A stretch of 64,000 bases of DNA from Octopus vulgaris (GCA_951406725.2 OX597837.1:41168001-41232000), one strand, 5' to 3'; counted from the stretch's first letter, positions 14,339-28,078 are shown. The notes: generated by a model from the sequence alone, not told the origin. Program-made: numbers and translations.

Positions 14339-14705
14339 TGATAGAAATGGTAGGACAACAAAAGAATGAAAGAGACCTCGAGAGTATGTAAATAGGGGAA
14401 TTTACCTGTAAATACAATATGTGACAATTATTCGGTAGCCATGATAAAACTCCGAGTTTCGGATGTCGGGGCGGAAACCCACGCCGCCATCGAAAAAAAA
14501 AAAGATCAAAATTTTTTTTCGATGGCGGATGAAAGGTAAAATCAACCTTGGGTGCAATGTGAACACGGAACGCTGGCGGAATCGAAAGTACGTCGGACTA
14601 AGTGCTTAGCAGCATTTCGTCCGACGTACTTCCGATATACAATAAAATGCAATATATAATATATGCGCGGACATGTGTATGTGTGCGTATATTCATATAT
14701 ACATA

Positions 14706-14769
<64 letters not shown>

Positions 14770-14846
14770 TTTGATACTTTGATACTTTGATAGGTTTCGG
14801 CCATTATTGGCCCAGGCCATGTCTAACTTAATAGCACCACCTGGTG

Positions 14847-14887
<41 letters not shown>

Positions 14888-15149
14888 AATTTATATTTAT
14901 ATATATACATAAGTATATACACACATGCACACACTCACACCCGCACATGCACATACATAAATACGTACATACGTACATACATACAAATATACACCAGTGT
15001 TAATTATCAGCTGGCAAACTAATTTATGCGTATATTAAATATACACGCAATATATTTTGTTCATTGCGATGTAAACGTTAATTTTCTCCTAGTTAAAATA
15101 TTTATGAGCATGTTAAATACACACTCACACACACACATACACACGCGCA

Positions 15150-15181
<32 letters not shown>

Positions 15182-15559
15182 GAGAAATATATAAAGACAT
15201 CACTCTGTAAACTTAGATGTTTATTTGGCAAAACATTTTCTGCGTAAATCGAATATAAACACAGAAAAAAAATACATATACACAGGTTTGTGTAAGGCGG
15301 TAACAGACAAACTCTTTAATGTGTAGATTACATATATATACACACGGAAAGTATATTATATACACACACGACTGTATGAACGTTAATAGATGAACTATTT
15401 TATTTGTACGTCTAAAATATTCACAGGTATATATACACACCGTTCTGTAAACGTTAATTTTTATTTGGTGAAATATTTTATTAGTACGGGAAAGATATAC
15501 GCATAAAAACGCATACATAACACTCTATAAACGCAAATTTTTATCTTGTACATTATATA

Positions 15560-16000
15560 TCTGTATATTTTGAATATATACACTCACAAATTTAATATGT
15601 ATACACATATGCTCGTATAAATTATATTTAATATATACACATATACACATATAAATTATATTTGATATATTCGCATATACAAATAAATTATATTTAATAT
15701 ATAAACATATACACATGTGTAAACATATACACATATATACACATATGCACATATAAATTACATTTAATATATACACACATATATATAAATTATATTTAAT
15801 ATATACACATATACACATATAAATTGTATTTAATATATGCACATATAGATATGTTTAATATATACACACATATACATATATAAAAGATATTTAATATATT
15901 CGCATATACACAAATTATATTTAATATATACACATATACACATATAGATTATATTAATATATACACATATAAATTTGATATAAATATATATAAAAGTGTA
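15560..16000. repeat. AT-rich ~34-bp minisatellite
   Basis: Repeats of aaattatatttaatatatacacatatacacatat. Confidence 0.75.
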
Positions 16001-16545
16001 AATTACATTTCCTGTAGAGACACCCAAAGGCGGCGAGCTGGCAGAAACGTTAGCACGCCGGGCGAGATGCACAGCAGTATCTTGTCGTCTTTACGTTCTC
16101 AGTTCAAATTCCGCCGCGGTCAACTTTTCCTTTCATCCTTTCGAGGTCGAAAAATCAAGCACCAGTGAAACACTTGGGTGAATGTAATCGACTATTCCTC
16201 TCTTCTAAATATCAGACCTTGTGCTTATAGCAGAAAAGAATGTATATATATATATACACAAGTACATAAACACACGTGTGTAAACTTAAATTTTCAGACG
16301 ATAAGCACTGATTTTTTTTGTATATCAAGCGTATATATATATATATATAATCATATAAAAGGGAAATGGAATTTAATTAAAATTAAAATATTCAATCAAA
16401 ATTTACATTTTCAGTGGTCTAACGCGCAAAAAAAAATTAGTCAAGAAGACTATATATTAGTCATACGATACAGTGTATACTTATACACATAAGGAATCCA
16501 CTTAACGTGAATTCAACACATTAGAAAGAACAGCTAGGTTCTGTG

Positions 16546-16619
<74 letters not shown>

Positions 16620-17343
16620 GAGCATGTCCACATATGCAAGTATACGCATGAGAAGACATACATAAAACAAAACATACAAATCTGCACATATACATACATC
16701 AATACATACAACCATGTATACACACATACATACATGTATAAAACCATGTATACATACATATATACGTACGTACTTACATACATATATACGTACGTACATA
16801 CATACATACGTACGTACATACATACATACGATTATAGATGCACACAAATCCTTAATTCATAAGATACAAATAATATGCGGAAGCATAAAAATCTGCAATA
16901 CATTCTTAAGATTTAAAGTATGATTAACTAAACAAGATGGTTTCCTTCACAACCCTGCCAGCAAGATGACGACCGATCAAAATTTATTCTAAATCAATGG
17001 GAGAAAAAGATTAAAATACAAGTGTGTGAATATGATTCTATACCACAGGAAATTGGGACGATGTGATTTCTCTTTAAATGATATATCGTTATATCTAGAT
17101 GGGTTCATAGTGAATCCTATTCAGTAAATATCTTGATCAACTTGGAGAGTATTTCATATAAATAATTAACATAAATTTATAGACATTTAGTTTTGGCAGA
17201 CAACAGTGTGACAGTGTGCGAGGAGAGGAACGAAAGGTAAAAACTATATATACATATACACTTTCGCATAGACACACGCATATATGCATACATGGAAATA
17301 TATATGTGTTTGTGTGTGTGTATGTATATATATATATACACAC

Positions 17344-17424
<81 letters not shown>

Positions 17425-17905
17425 TAGATATATATATACATATATGATAAATGCGGAAACTAATTTCTGTGTGTCAGTGTGTCACACTTTGAACCCCTCT
17501 CTTACTATTCAACGACACTTCGTCATGCTGGGGTGAGAGTAATAGTAGGCATAGAGACGGTGAGGGGCGGTAGCGATGGCAGACAAACAGACAGAAAGAA
17601 AGAAAGAAAAAGAGAGGGAGAGAAAGAGAGAGACAAGGAAATTTAGGGACAGTTGATGATGTTTTATTAAAAGTAGTAGTGTTGATGGTGGCAGTGGGAG
17701 TAATAATAAGAGAGAGAGGGAGAGAGAGAGTGTGTGTGTGGGGGGGTATGTGAGAGAAAGAGGGAGATGATGTACAACTTTCCTGAACAGAAATTCCTGT
17801 GGCCATACTGAACCACCTACTGAACAATATCGTTTTTGTTTTATTTTTTGCTTTCTGTAATACACACACACATACACACAATCACACATATACACGGACG
17901 CACGA

Positions 17906-17941
<36 letters not shown>

Positions 17942-18116
17942 TTATATTTATGTATGTATGTATGTATGTATGTATGTATGTATGTTTAATCATCCGAAAT
18001 TGCGAGGATGATCCGGTTCTTGACTGAAGATTGAAGGGTTCGAATGTCCCGTCCGTGTTTTTTGTATCGTCTTCTAAATGTTTTGCGTTCTTGTCCCAGT
18101 TTGTATTTTTTTACAT

Positions 18117-18225
<109 letters not shown>

Positions 18226-21091
18226 AATATATATATATGTATATATATGTATGTATGTATGTATCTATGCATACATACATTTGTGTATTTATGTATTGAT
18301 ATATGTATATATGAATAGACACTTGAATTGTATTTTTATCTCCGTTTGTACAATAATTCTTATTCATATCTTTCCTTTTTTTCTTTCAATCCTCAGAGAC
18401 ACAAAAGGAAACCACGCGAGGACGAACCAACGACCCATGCAAACAAACGAAATTTTCCCTCAATATCGCCCAAGTTGTAACTAGAAATGCTTATCTACTT
18501 GATGTACCTTAACGGGTACATCCAGATCCCTAGCCTGAGCGAGTCTCAACCGCTTCTTCAACCACCGCCTCCTTCTCCTTTTCCTTTTCCATCTTATTGA
18601 TGCAGTCATCCTGTAAATACTGATATTATCAATGCAATTCAACGTTTGTATTCTTTTGGATATATTACATGAAAATATCAAATATATCACATGATATTTA
18701 CTGTACAAGCTTCAATGATTCAATGATAGAATGGTCAAAGAATAAATATCATTATACACCAATCTAATACGATAATTTATCCGATGTTGGTATAGTCCAC
18801 TTGTTCAACGTGTATTGTGTTATTAGCTATTTCAAAGAGTGTCCTTCGGTCTGGTAGGTCACCGAGTCAGTTTGTCATTTAATTCCATCTGTAGTTGAAA
18901 TCAACGTGGGTAGTTGCTGGAGTTGTTACCGGGGAAAAAAAACAAACAACAGCAACAAAAGCAAGGACAATAGTAGCGGCATCAAGAATAATAACAACAG
19001 TAGCAACAACGGTAAAGGCGTCACGACCTGCCAGAAATAGCAGCCAAATTCTCTGGAATTACATTCCGGTATTGTCTCTTTCTCATTATAAAAATCAGGA
19101 AGAAAATATTGCAGAATGTCGTAGATATGCAGACTGACAGGATGCTCATGGCTGGAGTGTCTTTCATGCATCAGCCAGATAAGCTAGGGCTGGCCTGGGA
19201 TTAAACAGCACCACCAACAGCAAAATAACAACTGCACCAATTGTAGCAGACAAACTGATAGATATATGATCATATCAATTACCACTGGCGCCCTCTGTGT
19301 TGGTTGTACAACTTGTACCGTGTGAAGTTAGTTGTAGCAGCAGCAACAACAACAATAACAACAGCATAATCATCAGCAACAACAAATTCAATAACAACAA
19401 ATATTGTTACAGCAACAACAAGAAAAACAACAAAAACAACTGCTGCAGCTACAAAAAAGCAAAACATAAACAGTGTTAACAACAATAACATTGTGAACAG
19501 TAAGATTACGAAGAGCGACAACCTGCTCTTGTTTGCGTATTGAGTGCAAGAACATCAACCTCAGTTTTGACACAACAGGAGCCTTCATAAGAACAACACC
19601 GACAGCAGCAGCAGCAGCAAAGGCTACGGCAGCAACAACAATAACAAGAACAGTAAGAAGTACAACGAAAGCAACAAGTGAAGTGTCATTAGCAACAACG
19701 ACGAATTCAAGAAAGAAACAATAACAACAACAACAAGAACGACATCAACAACATTTAAATTGCAGCACTGCCAACAACAACAACAAAGACAACAACAATT
19801 ACGCCACCAACAATCTTAATAGACAGATTTATGTAACTTAAAACGCTACTAACTCGCGAATCGCTCCTCATTCCTGTCGTGACTCTTAAGTGAAGAACTG
19901 AAATATAGGCTGCCGGCAGACACTAGAACAAATATCTACTGAATCAAACATAAGCCTACCCTCTAGCGCCACAACGGCTACCGCATCATCACCACTGCCA
20001 CTATCACCAGCCATCGCCACCACCACCCCTTCCACCAAGAACACCAACACCAACAATGTCACCATCAACTCTCCCCACCCCATCCAAACTCGTGTGATGT
20101 CTACGTACAGTATTTCATAGCTGTCTAAATAGAAATAAGCTGCATCTAATCAGATATTCATCAATCATTAACCATATTGATTGATCACTAATCACTGATT
20201 AATCACTGTTCGAAATTAGACTAGGAAATATTCCATTCACCGATAGATATATATATCTTTATATATTTGAAACTGTTACATTTTTTCAATGAATTTAACC
20301 ACCAGTAACCCAATAAGTGGATAAACACACGAACACATATACATATATATACTTAAACACACGCATATAAACGTATGTATATATTTAGAAACATATATGT
20401 ATAAAGGTATGCGTTTAAATATGCATATATCCGTGTACTAGCAATCTGTATATTATACTTATATATATATATATAAATATATATATATACATATATACAT
20501 ATATATATATATATGTAGGTAAATATGTATGTATGTGTATTTTATATAAATAATATATATTTATACACAATTGTTGATAATTATTAGTTATATGTATGCG
20601 TATATATAAATATTTATACATGAGCTGGTATAAATATACATATATAGTCTTATATATATGTGCATATATACTTATCAATACAGAAACCATCTTAAACCAT
20701 ATAGAATAACAGTGAAAAATTTGGTGTAACAGTTTTTAGGTTCGAATTCCTGTTGGGTACATGAATACATAATACGTCTACATAATACATATATATGTAC
20801 GTATATATGTATATGTGTGTGTGTCTATAAGCACATATATATATACATATGTTTTAGACATATATAATTGTATATAACAGTTTATTTATTTCTTCAAATC
20901 ATTTTTATTTATTTTCTCTCATTCATCCTTTTTTAACGGTGGTTATTCATTAATCACGATAAACTCATACTTAGACGTACATATACTCATATATACACAC
21001 GCAGTACTTGTATATATACATATATATTCGTATATATATCTATATATATATATACGTATAAAGATATACATTTATATACATACGTATATAC

Positions 21092-21124
<33 letters not shown>

Positions 21125-21225
21125 TATATATTTAGGTACTCCACACCATACGTGTCGTATAAGTGGAATATAAAAAACCAAAGTAGATTATTGATAATAA
21201 GTAAGCTTGAGATCGAAGTTACAAA

Positions 21226-22251
21226 ATGCCCCGACCAGGTCGTAACAGCTACAGCGATCAGAAACCGCCTTATTCGTATATTGCGCTCACAGCCATGGCT
21301 ATACAAAGTTCTACTGAAAAAATGCTGCCGTTGAGCGACATATACAAATTCATTATGGATAGATTTCCTTTCTATCGACAGAACACACAGAGGTGGCAGA
21401 ATTCACTGCGACACAACCTCTCTTTTAATGACTGCTTCATTAAAATACCTCGCAGACCGGACAGGCCAGGTAAAGGCAGCTATTGGGCTCTGCATCCGCT
21501 CTGTGGGGATATGTTCGAGAATGGAAGTTTTCTGCGTCGCCGGAAGCGTTTTAAGTTACATAAATCTGGCGGGTCATTGATGTCGGAGACGTTAAAGCAA
21601 GGTTTAGAGTCAGCCAGTTACCTCCAGGAACAAACTAGGCTGCGACTACAGCAGTATGCTACCCCAATATCACATTTCCAGCCGTACAGCGGTTCTGGCA
21701 ACTGTACACACAGCTACAAGCAACCGTTCACAATTGAGAACATTATAGCTCCTGAATTTAAAAGTACTGTTGTGCCCCAACCGCTGATACCGACTCCGCT
21801 GCCAGCGTTCGCTAGTCAATTTGCGGCCGGAATGTCGATGTCGGGTTTTGTCGCCCCTTACTCGACTTCTGATCTTGCTTCCTCTTTGTCTTCGTCATTG
21901 ACCTCATCGGCGCTAAGCTCAATAGCGCCGACCTTTGCAGCCCACCTCAACGGGGATTTTCACCCTCACCAACACGCCACACACGCCACACACCCGCATC
22001 AAGTTTTGAAGCCGTCTAACCACCAACATCAGACATCGCCGGCCGTACCTGTCCCTATTAAACCTTCACCGTTACCACCCCTAACCCTGGGACATTCACC
22101 ACACACGGGTGCCTTCGGGGCTCTTGCCCCGCCAGGACATCTAAGCATACCCTCATCTCTAGCCCTCACAACAGCCGCAGCTGAACTTTTAGGCACATCT
22201 TCACCCATTTCCTCTTCGTCCTCTAATACAGCCAGCAGCACGTCAAGGTGA
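21226..22251 (+). CDS. FoxB: Forkhead box protein B (FoxB class), single coding exon, 341 aa
   Basis: Starts [27 protein letters not shown], the FoxB-type N-terminus. Complete forkhead domain ([35 protein letters not shown]...[14 protein letters not shown]), eh1-like FTIENII motif, and a His/Pro/Ser-rich C-terminus. Start context acaaaATG; TGA stop followed by AATAAA. Confidence 0.96.
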   Translation: MPRPGRNSYSDQKPPYSYIALTAMAIQSSTEKMLPLSDIYKFIMDRFPFYRQNTQRWQNSLRHNLSFNDCFIKIPRRPDRPGKGSYWALHPLCGDMFENGSFLRRRKRFKLHKSGGSLMSETLKQGLESASYLQEQTRLRLQQYATPISHFQPYSGSGNCTHSYKQPFTIENIIAPEFKSTVVPQPLIPTPLPAFASQFAAGMSMSGFVAPYSTSDLASSLSSSLTSSALSSIAPTFAAHLNGDFHPHQHATHATHPHQVLKPSNHQHQTSPAVPVPIKPSPLPPLTLGHSPHTGAFGALAPPGHLSIPSSLALTTAAAELLGTSSPISSSSSNTASSTSR

Positions 22252-22278
22252 CCTTTATAATCAACAGATCGATAAACA

Positions 22279-22435
22279 AATAAAATAAAACACATGCCAA
22301 AACAAACATAAATAAACTAAAACACATAACTTATGACTTCGACTGTTGTCCCTCTGAACTTGATCCGAAATACCAAGAAAGGGACAAAAAAGAATAAAAA
22401 TTACTTGGATGGAATTGATGACAAATAAATAAAAA
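22279..22435 (+). promoter_or_regulatory. Cluster of candidate polyadenylation signals for FoxB
   Basis: Several AATAAA hexamers (about 22279, 22284, 22311, 22393, 22424) within 200 nt of the stop codon, followed by a T/GT-rich tract near 22473-22500. Confidence 0.45.
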
Positions 22436-22544
22436 AAAGATATATAAATATATATAATAAATGAATATATAAATTTTGTTGTTGTTTTTGTTGTTCATGT
22501 ATACTAATATTGATGTTATCACACTATATTATTATTTTTATTAT

Positions 22545-23128
22545 TCTATGTTTGACTTTTGCTTTACATTTGTACAAGTTGGCTCCAATTCCCACCCAGA
22601 GACAACAAGTTGGAAGTTCATGTTGGTGTTATGCCTAGGGTGCCATATATTTGGTTTTGTACTTAGTATTGTACTAGTGAATGTCTAAAAAAAAACATAC
22701 GAAAATTATGTTTGTTTTAAAACTTCAGATTACATAGAAAGTATTTTACGTAGGATATGAGCAGTTCCCATGAGCACTATCTTTTGAATTTCTGCCATTT
22801 TTGGTATCTGAGGTAGGAAGCAATCAGCCCCTTTTGCTATCATTCCTAGGGCACCTATGACAACAGGTATTGTCTTAGTCTTCAGGTTCCACATTTTGCT
22901 GATTTCTATTTCAAGATCTTTATATTTGCTCAGTTTTTGGTAGGTCTTGACAGATACGTTTATATCGATTGGGACAGTCATATCAATGAGGAGGTATGTT
23001 CTTTGTCTGAAGTCTTTCAATATGATGTCTGGCCTATTCGCATCTATATTTCTGTCAGTTTGAATAGTGAAGTTCCAGAGAAGTAATCATTTTCAAGCAC
23101 TGGAGGTGGTTTGTGTTCCCACCAGTTT
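22545..23128 (-). mobile_element. 5'-truncated R4/Dong-like non-LTR retrotransposon (restriction-like endonuclease C-terminus plus 3' UTR)
   Basis: Minus strand reads WWEHKPPPVLEND, then after a frameshift LWNFTIQTDRNIDANRPDIILKD...LLIDMTVPIDINV...KLSKYKDLEIEISKMW...IPVVIGALG...QKIVLMGTAHILRKIL. This is the PD-(D/E)xK endonuclease signature of the R4 clade. Flanked by (TAA)n on both sides. Confidence 0.88.
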
Positions 23129-23129
23129 A

Positions 23130-23194
<65 letters not shown>

Positions 23195-23284
23195 GAGTGA
23201 GAGAGCAAGTGCATGCCATCAAAGTAAGACGAAGTGAATCTGACATCTACACTTTTCTCTTCCCACATATTATCGTTATTATTA

Positions 23285-23320
23285 CTAGCCGTATAGCCCG
23301 GCGTTGCTCGGGTTTGTTTT
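23285..23320 (-). mobile_element. Helitron-like 3' terminus
   Basis: Minus strand aaacccgagcaacgccgggctatacggCTAG|T: a GC-rich hairpin about 8 nt before a CTAG end followed by T. The 5' extent is not determined. Confidence 0.6.
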
Positions 23321-23644
23321 TTAGTTGCGCTTAAAATGGCAGACTTTGATGTCGCGTTAACGAAGTTTTGACGAGTTGCGTTTCTTTCGCAAATAGCTCA
23401 ATTTGTCTGCGAGCCCTAGAAGAATTCGAGATGAATGAAACATTTCATTCCGAAAAATATTCTTAACTTTATTCACCACATATTTGTTGCTTTTTTCTTT
23501 TTGCTTCTTTGTTGGTGCTGTTTTATACTTTTTTTAATGTATATATTCGTACTTTATGTAGGTTTAATGCATGTTATAGCAATTGGTGTGACGTCACGTG
23601 ATATGGTATGACACACTATATTCTAATCGGACGATCGCAGTATT

Positions 23645-23947
23645 GTTTTTGTTCCTTTCCGAGCCATGCCTGGCTCAGAAGGGCCGGTTTCCCGGTTTCC
23701 TTGGCGTATAGGTTCCCCACCTGGACGGGACCCCGGGCCGTCGCAGGTGAGCTGAAGATGCAGGAGGAAAGAGAGAGAGAAAGTTGTGGCGAAAGAGTCA
23801 GCAGAAGTTCGCCATTACCTTCTGCCGGAGCCGCGTGGAGCTTTAGTGTTTCGCTCATAAACACACACATCGCCCGGGCTGAGATTCGAACCCGTGATCC
23901 CTCGACCGCGAGTCCGCTGCTCTAACCACTAGGCCATTTGCTTCCAC
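23645..23947 (-). mobile_element. tRNA-derived SINE (head + middle A + tail 2)
   Basis: Head aatggcctagtggttagagcagcggactcgcgg...ggttcgaatctc; tail cccgtccaggtggggaacctatacgccaaggaaaccgggaaacc. Paralogs at 42240-42485 and 63690-63960. Confidence 0.82.
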
Positions 23948-24182
23948 AATCGCAGAATTCCAAGAAAATAAGTGCATAGAAAGGTTATTGTTGCCTTCAA
24001 AAAAATGACCAAATATTTCTACTTGGGAATTTGGGAAAGGCAATCAGTAGAAATTGGGGCTGAAACATGGAACCAATCGTAAGCAGACGATAATATACTT
24101 CGCTTGTTTGTGAATGCGGAATTCTTTTTTCATGTGAATTACAATAACGATGTATATACGCATATATATGTACATACACAAT

Positions 24183-24220
<38 letters not shown>

Positions 24221-24712
24221 GTATGTATGTATTTATGTATGTATATGTATGTATGTATATATGTATGTATATATGTATGCATGTGTGTATGTATGTATGT
24301 ATGTTTGTGTATATGTATGTATGTATGCATGTGAGTATGTATGTATGTATGTTTGTATGTATGTATGTATGTATGTATGTATGTATGTATGTATGTTTGT
24401 TTGTATGTATGTATGTATGTATGTTTGTATGTATGTCTGTATGTTTGTATGTATGTATGTATGTATGTATGTATGTTTGTATGTATGTATTGATGTATGT
24501 ATGTATGTATGTATGTATGTATGTATGTATGTTTGTATGTACGTGTGTGTGTTTGTATAAACGTATTGTGTTCGCGTGCGCGTACTTCTTTGAGGTTTAA
24601 ACACATCAGAGAAAACAGGCCGGTCACTAAAAATTTGACAAGGCTCTGAGTTTTGGGACAAGGCAAATCCTGAGATATGCGAATGTCAATGAGTTCATGC
24701 ACTCTCGTGCGT

Positions 24713-24778
<66 letters not shown>

Positions 24779-25369
24779 TTACATACATACATATATTCTT
24801 GTTCAAGAGGAATAAAATTTGTGCTCTACAAAAGTATAGAGTAACTGATCAGATCAATGTAAAATTGGTGTGTATGTATATATATATATATATATAAGAA
24901 CATGAACATACACTAACACACAAATATATGTATGTATGTATGTATATATATGAACATGAACACACACACACACATATATATATTGTATTTATGCATAAAC
25001 GGATATATCCATCCATATATACATATATACATATGCATATGTATATGTATATATATATGTATATATGTATGCATATATGTATGTATAGATACAATGTATG
25101 TATATATATATATATATATATAACATGAACATACACACACATATAAATTTGTTTGTTTTTGTTTTTCCAGTTTCAGCTCTTGAGCTGTGGCCATGCTGGG
25201 GCACCGCCATTGTGGTGAAAGAGTACAGCAGGGATCACCACCCCCTGCCGGAGCCTCGTAGAGCTTTTAGGTGTTTTCGCTCAATAAACACACACAACGC
25301 CCGGTCTGAGAATCGAAACCGCGATCCTGCGACCGCGAGTCCGCTGCCCTAACCACTAGGCCAGTGCGC

Positions 25370-25412
<43 letters not shown>

Positions 25413-25501
25413 ATCTATGCATACATATATGCATAAATATATACATATACATATATATATGTATATGTATATGTATATATGTATGCACGTATGTATGTAT
25501 G

Positions 25502-25534
<33 letters not shown>

Positions 25535-26113
25535 GCGTTTATGTATGTGTATGTTCATATTTACATAGACTTACACTCGTATGTAATGCTGCAGGTGGCT
25601 GGCATTTTTAATGCGTGTTTGTGTGTATGTTTCTGGTTGCACGTGGGCGCATGCTCACTTGAAATATGTTCGTATGTATACATACAAAAATGCTGCTCCT
25701 CTAAATTGAAACCTGACCCGTCATTGTGGATTTGTGGTACAGAGCAAGGCAGACCTTGCTGTCCAATCAAGAAAACACATAGTAAATGATCCACAAGCAC
25801 TCGAGCAACCTGAATCCTCACCTTGATCCATTTGCTAAAATGTTTGCAAGGCTTGAAGAGACACATTCGTCTCCATAAAACATGATCACCGCTTTAATTT
25901 ACTTAACCCTCAGTTGGCGCTCATGACGATAGAATCCATCAGATTTATATATAAGTAAATGTAGGGATAAGCAAGTTAGACAGATCAACAGATAAAGTGC
26001 ATTAAAAACATGACATACAAAATAAGTTTATATGTTTATATATAGAAGGCTCCAACTTACACACAATACAAATGATATAGAGAATTAAAGGGGGTGTGGA
26101 ACAGTATTACAAA

Positions 26114-26204
26114 TCCACCAGCTGTTTCTGGGGGCTTGATGATCCATAATAATGCTTGTAGATGTATTCCATCATAGGATGAGACGAGCCCCCATCTTCA
26201 GGGA
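26114..26204 (-). ncRNA. Degenerate hammerhead motif with extended stem II
   Basis: tcc-CTGAAGA-tgggggct...agccccca-GAAA-cagctg-GT-gga. The U16.1 position is G. Confidence 0.5.
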
Positions 26205-26957
26205 AGAGAGAGTGACAGGCAGACAGAGAGGATGAGAGAGAGAGAGAGAGAGAGAGAGAGTGAGATATGTATGTACGTTTGTATGTATGTATGTATGCGG
26301 CTCCAGCAGAGACCAAGGCTACGGTTTATATATATTTGAGATGTTAAAAGAAAATTCAAAGATGGAATGATTGAATATGGAGAGCTAAGTGTATTAGAGG
26401 GGGCGGGAATTGGTGAGGTCTCACCCATGAAAGATGTATGCATATATATGTGCTCTCCTCCCCACCCATCCTCATTAGATTTTGAGAGTATATTTTTACC
26501 GGTCACCTCCTTGGTAGCAAGGTTCTACAGAAAAGATTTATATTTTTCAATGTGTTATGTTGTTTCCGCTTTCGTTTTGGTTAATCATTCACCTTTTAAA
26601 TTTTTAGAAGGTTTCCCGTCTATCTTCTGAACCATTTAGCGCTACCGTCTGTAGCGAATGAATTATTGACTGATATTTTTTCTCCAAAATGTTCAGCCAT
26701 ATTTTGATCCAATAATCCATGTTGCTTCAATAATAATGGCTATAAGAGCGAAATGTATCCTTTAATGACTGGATTTACAGGCTCCTCATCAATGGGTCAT
26801 AGATATCTTGTGCTGTGTATCTTAAAGGCAGTGAATTAGCCGCATCGTTTCGAATGTGAGATACTCTGCCTCACGGTATTTGTTCCAGCGCTCTGGGTTC
26901 AAATTCGGAACGGAAAACTTTTTTTTGTTTTTCGTATTTTCAGGGTCGATAAGTATG

Positions 26958-26988
<31 letters not shown>

Positions 26989-27211
26989 AAGATAAAAAGA
27001 AAAAGCACTGACCGACGAAGGCCCTGTACATTAATGTCAAGAGGCTAGCTGCCACAACAAAAGTTAGCCGACGTCTAGACAAACATTATTGTATAAACTC
27101 GGTTCTGCTTTAATCTAGTACTATGTAGTAATTCTCAGGTTACACAAACATTTTTTGATCCTTCGTCTTCGATATGTATATCTCTGTTTGTGAAAAATAT
27201 ATGAACGAACA

Positions 27212-27284
<73 letters not shown>

Positions 27285-27363
27285 GTGTGTGTGTGTGTGT
27301 GTGTGATTATGCGTCTGTATGCGTGTGTGTATGATTATGTGTATGTATGTGTGTGTATGTGTT

Positions 27364-27401
<38 letters not shown>

Positions 27402-27821
27402 ACGTATATATGTCTGTGTATTATTCATACGTACGTATGTGCATATGTATATGAGCGCATGTAGGTATGTACGTATATATATGTATGTTTTATGTATGTA
27501 TGTATGTATGTATGTATGTATGTATGTATGTATGTATGTTGAATTGTTGTCGGACGATTGGACCCAAATACTTAGTATTTTTTAAGCCTGGTTCGTATTC
27601 CATCGGTGTCTTTTTCCGAACTGCAAAGTTATAGGTATGCAAACACACCAGCACCGGTTTTCAAGCGGTGATAGGGAAAACACAGTGGGTTCAGTCCCAC
27701 TGCGTGACACCTTGGGAAAATGTCTTCTACTATAGCCTCGGGCCGACCAAAGCCTTGTGACTGGATTTGGTAGACGGAAACTGAAAGAAGCCCGTCGTAT
27801 ATATATATATATATATATATA

Positions 27822-28074
27822 ATATAATTCGAGACAAAACCACTGTTTTAAAACCAAACAAGGAAAGACTTAATCAATACATAAAATTTTAATATAAATT
27901 AAATAAACCGCCACTACAAATGTTTCATGTCTGCTACCGACAATCTTCAGGTGGATTTTCGATCTTCTAATCAGTCTCGAATTATATTATATAATATTTT
28001 ACTATAAAATTGGATTTAACCCTAAATCTGATTTTTTCCCTGTAATTTTGGATTCATTCCCTAATATTTATTAT

Positions 28075-28078
<4 letters not shown>
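27822..28078 (-). mobile_element. Penelope-like pLTR relic inserted in the (TA)n tract of a SINE
   Basis: Contains a hammerhead and the internal inverted repeat atataattcgagac/gtctcgaattatat. A homologous copy lies at 41084-41255. (TA)n flanks. Confidence 0.6.
27911..27954 (-). ncRNA. Minimal type I hammerhead ribozyme motif
   Basis: Minus strand ccac-CTGAAGA-t tgtc ggtagca gaca t-GAAA-catttg-TA-gtgg: stem I ccac/gtgg, stem II tgtc/gaca, very short stem III, GUA triplet. Confidence 0.7.

Noticed and set aside
17985-18115. CTGAAGA in a microsatellite-flanked insert
   Set aside because: Followed by GAAT rather than GAAA, and stems I and III could not be paired. It may be a related relic but is not supportable as a ribozyme.
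20705-20762. ggttcgaattcc B-box upstream of FoxB
   Set aside because: No cloverleaf or convincing A box; at most a decayed tRNA or SINE relic.
25640-25940. Unique stretch that could be a coding exon
   Set aside because: No recognisable protein motif in the frames read and no clear splice pair.
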